Below, one piece after another: positions 56,794-64,000 of a stretch of DNA of 64,000 nucleotides. Both the position numbers and the translations under genes were made by a program. Source of the DNA: a bacterium (GTDB lineage Bacteria > Patescibacteriota > Patescibacteriia > UBA1558 > S5-K13). Every line of letters starts with the position of its first letter. Position 1 is the stretch's first letter. The notes beneath the pieces were generated by a model. The model was not told the origin of the DNA, ran no database searches, and worked only from the letters and a program-made list of their open reading frames with translations. Where the stretch lies: the NCBI GenBank assembly GCA_029555085.1, contig JAKPTO010000026.1, forward strand, positions 37,217 to 101,216, written 5' to 3'.

Positions 56794-58131
56794 TTAAATT
56801 AAAAACTTTTTAAGTTCTTTTATATTTTTGATACAATTCAAATTAATTCCTTTTACATCAACTGCTTTTTCAAAACTTGGAATAATTATATTTTTAAATC
56901 CTAAATTCACTGCTTCTTTTATTCTCTCTTTTGTTTTTGGTATTTGTCTAATTTCTCCATTGAGTCCTACTTCACCAAAAAATACTGAATTTTCCATAAT
57001 TTTTTTATTTTCATATGATGAATAAATTGCCACCGCAACCGCTAAATCAAGCGCGCGGTCCGAAACTTTGAAGCCACCAGTTAAATTAATATAAACATCA
57101 TATAAATTTAATTTTAAATCTAATTTTGATTGAAGTACTGCTATAAGTAATTCTAATCTTTTCTGATCATAACCAGATACGGTTCTTTTTGGATAACCAA
57201 AATTTGTTTTTGATACAAGTGCTTGAAGTTCTAACATTAAAACCTGATTTCCTTCTATAATAGAAGTAATTGCCGTGCCTGAACTTTCTGGATTAATTGA
57301 TGACAAATAAATTTTTGATGGATTTATCACTTCTTTAAATCCTGATTTTGTCATCTCTAAAATTACCGACTCATCAGTTGCTCCAAATCTATTTTTAACA
57401 GATTTCAAAATTCTAAATCTATGCAATCTATCACCTTCAAGACTCAGTACGCAATCAACTAAATGTTCCATTGTTTTAGGTCCCGCTAAATCACCTGATT
57501 TATTTACATGACTTATGATGAGAGTTGCAATATTAAATTTTCTTGCAATTTCCATAATTTTTACAGTACAAGCCCTTACTTGCGCGACTCCACCTGGATC
57601 GCTTTCAATCTCACTCGTGTAAAGTGTTTGAATTGAATCTATAATTAAAAAATCTGGTTTGATTTTTAATATTCCAGCTAGAATTATTTCTATATTATTT
57701 TCTGCCAAAAACTTTACTACTTTACTATCAACTTCCAATCTATCAAAACGAGATTTTACTGAACTTGCACTCTCTTCTCCTGAAACATATAAAGTATTTA
57801 AACTCTTGTTTATAATTTGAGAAATAATTGTAGATTTTCCAATCCCCGGCTCACCACCAAGTAAAACCAAAGAAGAAGGAACTAATCCTCCTCCGACTAC
57901 TTTATCAAAATAAGTTAATCCTGTTTTTATTTTTTTAACTTGTTCATTTTTTATTTTTGACAAATCTATGAAATCAACTTTTAAATCTTTTAAATTTTCT
58001 GTTTTGTCTTTTCTTTCGTCTTCGATAAATGTTTCTTTTTCTAATGTTCCCCAAGCACCACACTCAATACACTTTCCAGCCCATTTCGGAAATTGTGCTC
58101 CACATTTTGAACATGAATATATTGTTTTCAT
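56794..58131 (-). CDS. radA: DNA repair protein RadA/Sms
   Basis: N-terminal C4 zinc finger (CSKCGAQFPKWAGKCIECGAWGT), Walker A GGEPGIGKST, KNRFG motif, and a Lon-like C-terminal domain. Confidence 0.9.
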   Translation of the reverse strand: MKTIYSCSKCGAQFPKWAGKCIECGAWGTLEKETFIEDERKDKTENLKDLKVDFIDLSKIKNEQVKKIKTGLTYFDKVVGGGLVPSSLVLLGGEPGIGKSTIISQIINKSLNTLYVSGEESASSVKSRFDRLEVDSKVVKFLAENNIEIILAGILKIKPDFLIIDSIQTLYTSEIESDPGGVAQVRACTVKIMEIARKFNIATLIISHVNKSGDLAGPKTMEHLVDCVLSLEGDRLHRFRILKSVKNRFGATDESVILEMTKSGFKEVINPSKIYLSSINPESSGTAITSIIEGNQVLMLELQALVSKTNFGYPKRTVSGYDQKRLELLIAVLQSKLDLKLNLYDVYINLTGGFKVSDRALDLAVAVAIYSSYENKKIMENSVFFGEVGLNGEIRQIPKTKERIKEAVNLGFKNIIIPSFEKAVDVKGINLNCIKNIKELKKFLI

Positions 58132-58157
58132 TTAATTATATTAGTTTTATATTTATA

Positions 58158-59570
58158 TTATCTACCGATTCCCTTTCTTGCTATATTCTCAAATCCTAAT
58201 TCTTTGCATTTATTATAACGAGCTAATTTTAAATTACCAGTAGAAATAGCCCACTGACTCGTTGTGCCTCCAGCATATCTTCTAAAACAAAGTTCCAAGT
58301 TACCATCTTTACAATACTGATGTTTCCATCCTAAAACAAAAGCTTCTAAATTAGAATCAATAGTTAATAATGAATCAAAACTAAAACACTTATTTTGATA
58401 TATAAAACCATTATTATTATTACATAAAATATCTTGTTTAGAATGGTAAGTAATTTGACCCAAACCCAATCCAAATGTATAACCTTTTTTATTTATATAG
58501 TTTTTCCAATTAGAAATAGAGACCCCTGGAATATTTTTATCATAAACATACTTAGAGCAATTAGGATTATTACACAACTCTCTTTTATTGCTATTAATTT
58601 TTCCTGCCAACCAATCCTTGCAACAAGAAGGATAAAGATTACATATATGTGCCCTGCGAGCAATAATATCACAAGCCGTGTCTCTAGTAACAGCCGAGTC
58701 ATTGCCAAATGCTCTTGGGTCTCCTCCTGATTCTTGATGAATTACAGCATAATAAATACACTCATCTATATTGTTCCACTTAGCAGACTTTTGAATACCA
58801 ACAATTACTTCCTCAGAAAAAATATGACTATCACCAACAGATTTTATATTAGACCCAGATCCAATATAAGAACCACTACTAGCTAATTCATATCTATCAA
58901 CTTCAATAGGTATAATCTTCTCCACCTTTATTGGTACTATATTCAACAAGGCTGGATTTATTGTTTGGAGTATCAAAACAGAAGAAACGCATAAAACAAA
59001 CCCTATTAAAGCATTTTGTAGTCTTGATTTAGCTTCCCCTATTTTACTCTGATTTCCTCCTGCTAATACCCACTGAAAACCAGCCAATATTATTGCTAAA
59101 ACAGCCACGATTCCTGATAAATATATTAAATATCTAAAAAGTACTACTAAAAAATCTCCAATCAAAGCACCGCTTACCTCTACTTCACTTCTAAAACCTG
59201 GTATTCCGACTTCTGGAGTAAATGATATAGATTTTGGTTCCCCAGGAGTTTCATCTACGCCTTCATTTGAATTATTTTGACAATCAGAAGCCCATTGTTT
59301 AATAGCCTCCTGTTTATAGTGATTACGAAATTCAATATCATGCACAACTTCAGCTGGAAATCCAGCTGCCGTATTCTGCAACTCCCTATCCATCCAAGTC
59401 GTATACAAACCCTGATAATCAACGCTAGATTTATTTAAATCAGTGGCCGGACAATAACTCGGCCTTAAGTATTTTAAATTGGGATCATCCGGTAACTGTG
59501 CCTCTACGCCTCTAAAAAAAAACAGAAACGCTACACTAAAAATAAATAAATATCTCCTTATCTTATTCAT
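58158..59570 (-). CDS. Secreted/membrane protein: TrbC/VirB2-like pilin-type hydrophobic hairpin fused to a lytic transglycosylase (SLT/VirB1-like) domain
   Basis: Signal peptide. Two long hydrophobic helices (ALIGDFLVVLFRYLIYLSGIVAVLAIILAGFQWVLAGG and ALIGFVLCVSSVLILQTINP). SLT motifs VIHQESGGDPRAFG (catalytic Glu-Ser) and GLGLGQIT. Cys-rich. Confidence 0.5.
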   Translation of the reverse strand: MNKIRRYLFIFSVAFLFFFRGVEAQLPDDPNLKYLRPSYCPATDLNKSSVDYQGLYTTWMDRELQNTAAGFPAEVVHDIEFRNHYKQEAIKQWASDCQNNSNEGVDETPGEPKSISFTPEVGIPGFRSEVEVSGALIGDFLVVLFRYLIYLSGIVAVLAIILAGFQWVLAGGNQSKIGEAKSRLQNALIGFVLCVSSVLILQTINPALLNIVPIKVEKIIPIEVDRYELASSGSYIGSGSNIKSVGDSHIFSEEVIVGIQKSAKWNNIDECIYYAVIHQESGGDPRAFGNDSAVTRDTACDIIARRAHICNLYPSCCKDWLAGKINSNKRELCNNPNCSKYVYDKNIPGVSISNWKNYINKKGYTFGLGLGQITYHSKQDILCNNNNGFIYQNKCFSFDSLLTIDSNLEAFVLGWKHQYCKDGNLELCFRRYAGGTTSQWAISTGNLKLARYNKCKELGFENIARKGIGR

Positions 59571-59574
59571 ATTT

Positions 59575-60237
59575 TCATTTGATAATTGATTTTATAATAT
59601 TTTCCAAATTTTCTTGAGTTATCTCACCTTCAAATTTTTGTTGATTTATAAAAATTGTTGGAATTTGCTCTACTTTAAGCACATATGCCTCCACTATATT
59701 ATTATCTATATCTTCCAAGTACTTCTGCGAAGAATAACATGATACAAATTTATTTGTATCCATTTTTAATTTTTCTGAAATTCTTTTATATAAATCTAAA
59801 GAAAATTTTTCATCGGTATTTAGTAACTCATTATTATATTCCCAATATTTATCCTGCTCAAGAGAACAACGAGCCGCTAGAGCTGAACCCTTTGAAAAAA
59901 TATTTGTAGAAAGTGGCAAATCTTTCCAAACCAAATTAACATCTTTTGGATATTTTTTTATTATTTCATCTATAATATTCAAAATATTTTTTGTTTCACT
60001 TGTTTCATAATCAGTAAATAAATAAATACTAACCTGTGTATTCCTCTCTCCTTTAATTGGATCATTTATAAATGATGATAATAAATATTTTTCTTGGGTC
60101 GTGGTTTCCACAATTTGCTTTTCATTTTTAATTTTTATAATCTTATAAAAATTAAACAAATTATAAAATAAAAAACTAAGACCTATTAGAATAAAAATCA
60201 TTACAATAATTGAAATTATTTTGTCTTGCTTGTTCAT
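59575..60237 (-). CDS. DsbA-like thioredoxin-fold membrane protein lacking the CxxC active site
   Basis: N-terminal TM helix and DsbA-like layout, but the expected CxxC position reads FTDYETSE (no Cys). Confidence 0.4.
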   Translation of the reverse strand: MNKQDKIISIIVMIFILIGLSFLFYNLFNFYKIIKIKNEKQIVETTTQEKYLLSSFINDPIKGERNTQVSIYLFTDYETSETKNILNIIDEIIKKYPKDVNLVWKDLPLSTNIFSKGSALAARCSLEQDKYWEYNNELLNTDEKFSLDLYKRISEKLKMDTNKFVSCYSSQKYLEDIDNNIVEAYVLKVEQIPTIFINQQKFEGEITQENLENIIKSIIK

Positions 60238-60265
60238 TTTTTTATCAAATATTGAATATTAAATT

Positions 60266-61501
60266 TTATTTCAAATCAATACTATATAGATACCCAGTAG
60301 ATGAATCTATATAATACATCTGTGAATCATTCTGATTCGTATATATCTTATCTATTGAAATTCTATTATTATTTACCATTGGCTGGGCAATTATTTGCTG
60401 ATTTCCTGTTGATATATTTATTTTATAAATAGAATAAGGAATTCCACTTGCTAAACCCGGATTAAGCCCAGCTCCTCTTGGCATAGAATCTGGCACAGCA
60501 CAATAAACAACATCATTATTTGATTGACTAAAAGAACATTTATTTATCCAGGTATTTATTCCCATAGATACCTTCCCATAACCCAAATCGTCTCCCTGAC
60601 CATTTGCAAACCACAAAGTTGGCTTAAAATCGCTTCTCTGTGATGTAACATTATATAGAAGTTTATCGCCTTGCGTATTCCACATACCATCAAAATTAAA
60701 ACCATCAACAACCAATGATCTTAAATTTTTATCATCTTCATTGATAAAATATATTTCCTGTCTTTCTAAATCATATTGTTTTCTAAAGGTTGCCATCACC
60801 TCGCCATTTGGGCTCCAAATATTTTTTATATTCCTTGCCTGATCAGCTATCGGCCTTATAAATTTGAAATTACTCGCGTCTGAATTAGAAGTGACTAAAT
60901 AATTCTGATCTTCATAATCACCCATCCATTTATAAGACAATTTATCACCTGTTTCAGAAAAAGCAAAGTCTTGAGTTTCTTGTGGAAATCTTGCTATAAA
61001 TTCTTCTCTTTCAAAATCATACAATACTTTTGTATTATCTGGATATTCTAAAATTGCTTGATTTTTTGTGGGTGAAAAAGTTGCATTAGTTACAGAATAA
61101 AATTTCCTATCAGATAATTTAGAAATAGTACCATCCCCTGAAACCTTGAAAAAACTCTGATTCAAATTATCATAATACACAACTCCATTATTTACTGCGC
61201 TATAAGTGTTTATGCTTGCTATATTTTTACCAACAACTTCTTGAGAATTTGTTACTAGCTCTTCATCTGTTCCCATAATTTCTGGTTTAGTTGTGATAAT
61301 TGTCTCGCCTCCAGTATCTATTATCTGCGGACCACCAATACCAACATCTGGAAACCCTACATCACTAGGCGTGGTATCAATTGGTGAAGAAATTGGTTCT
61401 TGCTTTCTTGCAAAAAATGTAAAATAAATAAGAAAAGCCATTCCGATACTAACCGCTAAAAAAAGTAATATTAAAATTATTTTTTTTGTATTTTCAGGCA
61501 T
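60266..61501 (-). CDS. Membrane-anchored extracytoplasmic beta-rich protein (possibly beta-propeller), hypothetical
   Basis: N-terminal TM helix, then about 370 aa rich in Gly/Asn/Tyr/Asp repeats (TolB-like flavour). Confidence 0.3.
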   Translation of the reverse strand: MPENTKKIILILLFLAVSIGMAFLIYFTFFARKQEPISSPIDTTPSDVGFPDVGIGGPQIIDTGGETIITTKPEIMGTDEELVTNSQEVVGKNIASINTYSAVNNGVVYYDNLNQSFFKVSGDGTISKLSDRKFYSVTNATFSPTKNQAILEYPDNTKVLYDFEREEFIARFPQETQDFAFSETGDKLSYKWMGDYEDQNYLVTSNSDASNFKFIRPIADQARNIKNIWSPNGEVMATFRKQYDLERQEIYFINEDDKNLRSLVVDGFNFDGMWNTQGDKLLYNVTSQRSDFKPTLWFANGQGDDLGYGKVSMGINTWINKCSFSQSNNDVVYCAVPDSMPRGAGLNPGLASGIPYSIYKINISTGNQQIIAQPMVNNNRISIDKIYTNQNDSQMYYIDSSTGYLYSIDLK

Positions 61502-61619
61502 TGTAATTTTATTATTTTATAAAATATTTAAATTAATTTTTTATAATTTATCATCAATCGCCACCAAATATTGATAAAAAATACTATCCATTCTTTCACA
61601 GTTAAACTTTTCAACGTTT

Positions 61620-62513
61620 CTAAGTAACCCCTAGTAAATCCCCTATTGCAGACTTTAGTAAGTCTAATAAATCTTTTATAGCATCGATAGGATCTGTTAA
61701 AATATACCCTATTAAAAATAATAGTAAAAATATAATTGTCAAAAGTGCTATAATTATAGCTCCTATAAGAACAAAAGCTATCATTGCTCCATGGTTCATT
61801 TTATCCTTACCTTCTAATATTTCTTTTGTCGCTAGGGCTGGATTTGTTATAGAAACAAAATGACAAAATAACTGACTACCCATTATATATTTACCTATAA
61901 AATGAAATGCCAAATAAAACCATGTTAAACCATAACTATCGATTAAATGTTCATAAGAAAACTTATAGGCGGCAAAAGATGCTAACTTTAATTTGTTTTT
62001 AGCTTTTGTTTTAGCATCAGCTGCCTTTTTCTTAATATTAGCAATTCCCTGTCCTAATTTACTATTTCTTAATTTCTCTTTTTGTCTTTCTAAAAATCTT
62101 GCCTTTTGTTTTGCCTGTTCAAGAGCTGCTTTTGGATTTTCATCTGGATCAATGGTTTGAGAAATTTCTGAATTATCATTCTGAGCATTGACATTATCTG
62201 AATTATCTTGATTTGTATCTGATTGCCTGTAGTCTGGTTGTTGATTTATTGCACCAATGGTACTTAAAGGTAAATCGCTATTGCTTGGCCTAACTAATCC
62301 ACTCTCACCCTCTCTTTTCGCAGTCTCCCTACCCTGTCTTAACTGTGAAATAGGCCCCCTTAAATCTTCTGGGGTCGACGCCTCTTCCAAAAATTCTGTT
62401 CCATATTTTATAGAGGATTTAACTCCCCCAGTAATACCACCAACTTCATTTCTAACTGCACCAGCAACAGTTTTAAAGCGTCTCCCAATAGTTGATGATG
62501 CTTTACTTGGCAT
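61620..62513 (-). CDS. Hypothetical protein with charged N-terminal region and C-terminal TM helices
   Basis: ORF of 297 aa with a C-terminal hydrophobic hairpin (MIAFVLIGAIIIALLTIIFLLLFLIGYIL). Confidence 0.3.
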   Translation of the reverse strand: MPSKASSTIGRRFKTVAGAVRNEVGGITGGVKSSIKYGTEFLEEASTPEDLRGPISQLRQGRETAKREGESGLVRPSNSDLPLSTIGAINQQPDYRQSDTNQDNSDNVNAQNDNSEISQTIDPDENPKAALEQAKQKARFLERQKEKLRNSKLGQGIANIKKKAADAKTKAKNKLKLASFAAYKFSYEHLIDSYGLTWFYLAFHFIGKYIMGSQLFCHFVSITNPALATKEILEGKDKMNHGAMIAFVLIGAIIIALLTIIFLLLFLIGYILTDPIDAIKDLLDLLKSAIGDLLGVT

Positions 62514-62517
62514 AATA

Positions 62518-63081
62518 TTATTTCCATGAAACAGAATCTACTAACCATTTATCATTTACAAAAACTAATGACAAATCTGCTTTTTTATAAAAAGTTGCTT
62601 CTTCTCCGTTTTTCGATTCTATTTGCTGTAATTGAAGAGAAACAAGCGCCGAATTATTATCTAACTCTAAAATCGTTGCATTTATAAGTTTAGTAGTTAT
62701 TCCATAATAATTTTTATTATCTGAAAAATTAGCATTACTTGATATATAATTTTTTGCCTGACTATACATATGATCAGTTATCATTGGAGAAATAAGTTCA
62801 TAAAAATCTTCTGTTTGATTTGACCACGATCCATAGCGTTCTATAAAATTTCTCGCAGTTTCGATTACTAATGAATTTTCATCAATTTTTGCATTAGATT
62901 CAAATTCTAATGAGTTAAATTCTTCTTTTTTAGGTTCTTCCATAACCTGCTGTGGCGGAATCTGATCCTCTGGTTTTATAATTTCCTGTTTTGGTTTTTT
63001 AAAAAATATAATTAAAAAAGTCAGCAATATAATTATTATTAAAATAACCAAGATAATTATTTGTTTTTTATTTATTTGCAT
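62518..63081 (-). CDS. Single-pass membrane protein, hypothetical (T4SS-module neighbour)
   Basis: N-terminal TM helix (IIILVILIIIILLTFLIIFF) and a periplasmic domain of about 140 aa. Confidence 0.3.
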   Translation of the reverse strand: MQINKKQIIILVILIIIILLTFLIIFFKKPKQEIIKPEDQIPPQQVMEEPKKEEFNSLEFESNAKIDENSLVIETARNFIERYGSWSNQTEDFYELISPMITDHMYSQAKNYISSNANFSDNKNYYGITTKLINATILELDNNSALVSLQLQQIESKNGEEATFYKKADLSLVFVNDKWLVDSVSWK

Positions 63082-63113
63082 ACAATTTTATTTCAATTAA
63101 TTATTATATTAAA

Positions 63114-64000
63114 TTAATTTTGAATCCTATTTAATTGTTCAAATTCTTTTTTTGCGGCTTCTATTTCAAGTAATTGTCTTGGATCTGATGTGATTAGTTG
63201 ATCCTCTGTGTACGATGCTTCAATTTGAATAGCAACATGTTTATTTCCAGCAAAAAATATTCCCTGACCAACTTTTCCTTGTAATAATAAATATTTTTCT
63301 TCCTGGGTTAATAAAAATGTTTTTTGTATTAACTCAATAGCCGCTGGAGATTGTTTTAATAATAATTGCAAAGCCGAATTTGTAACTATTGCTTGTCCAT
63401 ACGGAGAAATCAAGAAATCATTCACATCCTGAGTTATAGTTGTCACTCCTAAATAATATTTTCTACATCTTTTGACAAGTGAAAAAATAAACTTAGCGCT
63501 ATCTTCGTGTTGCATTAACCACCAAGCCTCATCAATAATTAATATTCTTTTTTTCATACTTGACCGAACTATATTCCATATATAATTTATTATTGTATAA
63601 ATTGCTATAGGACGAAGTTCATCTTCTAAATCTCTAACACTGAAAACCACTAACTGATTTGATATATTAACATTGGTTGGGCTATTAAATAATCCGGAAA
63701 ATGTTCCTTCTGTATATTTTTTAATTCTCTGAGCTAAATTTTCTCCCCCCTGAATTCCTTCTAAAACTTCCTCAAAATCTTTCATAAGTGGAGATTCTAT
63801 ATTGTCTATATCACTGTCTTCAGTTATATCTTTTTTTGCGTATGTTTCTACTAATGCTCTATCAACAATTGAATCTTCCAGATGCGTCAAATCTCCAACC
63901 ATTAATCTAGTCAATCCCTTTAGAGTTATAACTGCGCTTCTTATTATATCACCAATTCTCATTTCCTTTGTAAGTCCACGCGGTAAATCAAATGGATTTA
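63114..64000 (-). CDS. VirB4/TrbE-family type IV secretion ATPase, C-terminal portion (N-terminus beyond window end)
   Basis: ILIIDEAWWLM (Walker B-like DEAW), RKYYLGVTTITQDVNDFL and IVTNSALQLLLKQSPAAIELI match the VirB4 C-terminal ATPase region. The frame stays open to position 64000. Confidence 0.5.
   Translation of the reverse strand, partial: NPFDLPRGLTKEMRIGDIIRSAVITLKGLTRLMVGDLTHLEDSIVDRALVETYAKKDITEDSDIDNIESPLMKDFEEVLEGIQGGENLAQRIKKYTEGTFSGLFNSPTNVNISNQLVVFSVRDLEDELRPIAIYTIINYIWNIVRSSMKKRILIIDEAWWLMQHEDSAKFIFSLVKRCRKYYLGVTTITQDVNDFLISPYGQAIVTNSALQLLLKQSPAAIELIQKTFLLTQEEKYLLLQGKVGQGIFFAGNKHVAIQIEASYTEDQLITSDPRQLLEIEAAKKEFEQLNRIQN

Overview
The window is AT-rich (roughly 28-30% GC) and densely coded, mostly on the minus strand. 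Gene content and style suggest a small-genome, candidate-phylum (CPR/Patescibacteria-like) bacterium: very large surface proteins, many small single-pass membrane proteins, a type IV pilin/prepilin-peptidase cluster and a lipid-scavenging module. One T9SS-type C-terminal sorting domain argues for caution on that placement.

Housekeeping genes recognisable from motifs:
- Translation and tRNA: ileS, tgt, rplY (L25/Ctc), the infC-rpmI-rplT operon, gatC and gatA, and a tRNA-Asp(GTC).
- DNA repair: ligA, recG, radA, a recO-like gene, and a repair/oxidative-stress run (Ogg2-type glycosylase, endonuclease III, superoxide reductase, rubrerythrin).
- Envelope and lipid: lgt, two DsbA-like proteins, an S11 D-Ala-D-Ala carboxypeptidase, and a fatty-acid-CoA ligase / PlsC / HAD operon.
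- Transport: a MacAB/YknXYZ-like adaptor-ATPase-two-permease module.
- Trans-translation: SmpB next to a 391-nt tmRNA.

The strongest candidate for an undescribed system is a translationally coupled three-gene operon at 50340..54427. It encodes a free-standing reverse transcriptase with an atypical 'IGDD' catalytic motif, an ABC-exporter-like membrane protein whose nucleotide-binding domain looks catalytically dead, and a membrane-anchored PLD/cardiolipin-synthase-like protein. There is no room for group II intron RNA and no DGR hallmarks.

Other notable items:
- An 1847-aa membrane-tethered protein combining an apparent N-terminal HTH, collagen GXY repeats, a beta-helix repeat region and a phage tail-fibre-type S74 intramolecular-chaperone domain.
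- Direct-repeat operator-like sites upstream of that gene.
- A 1707-aa repeat-rich giant protein.
- An M23 peptidase carrying a T9SS-type C-terminal sorting domain.
- A duplicated tRNA-Asp 3'-end scar.
- A T4SS-like module (VirB4-like ATPase, and a possible VirB2-like pilin domain fused to a lytic transglycosylase) running off the window end.

All calls come from reading the sequence and translations. No database searches were run.
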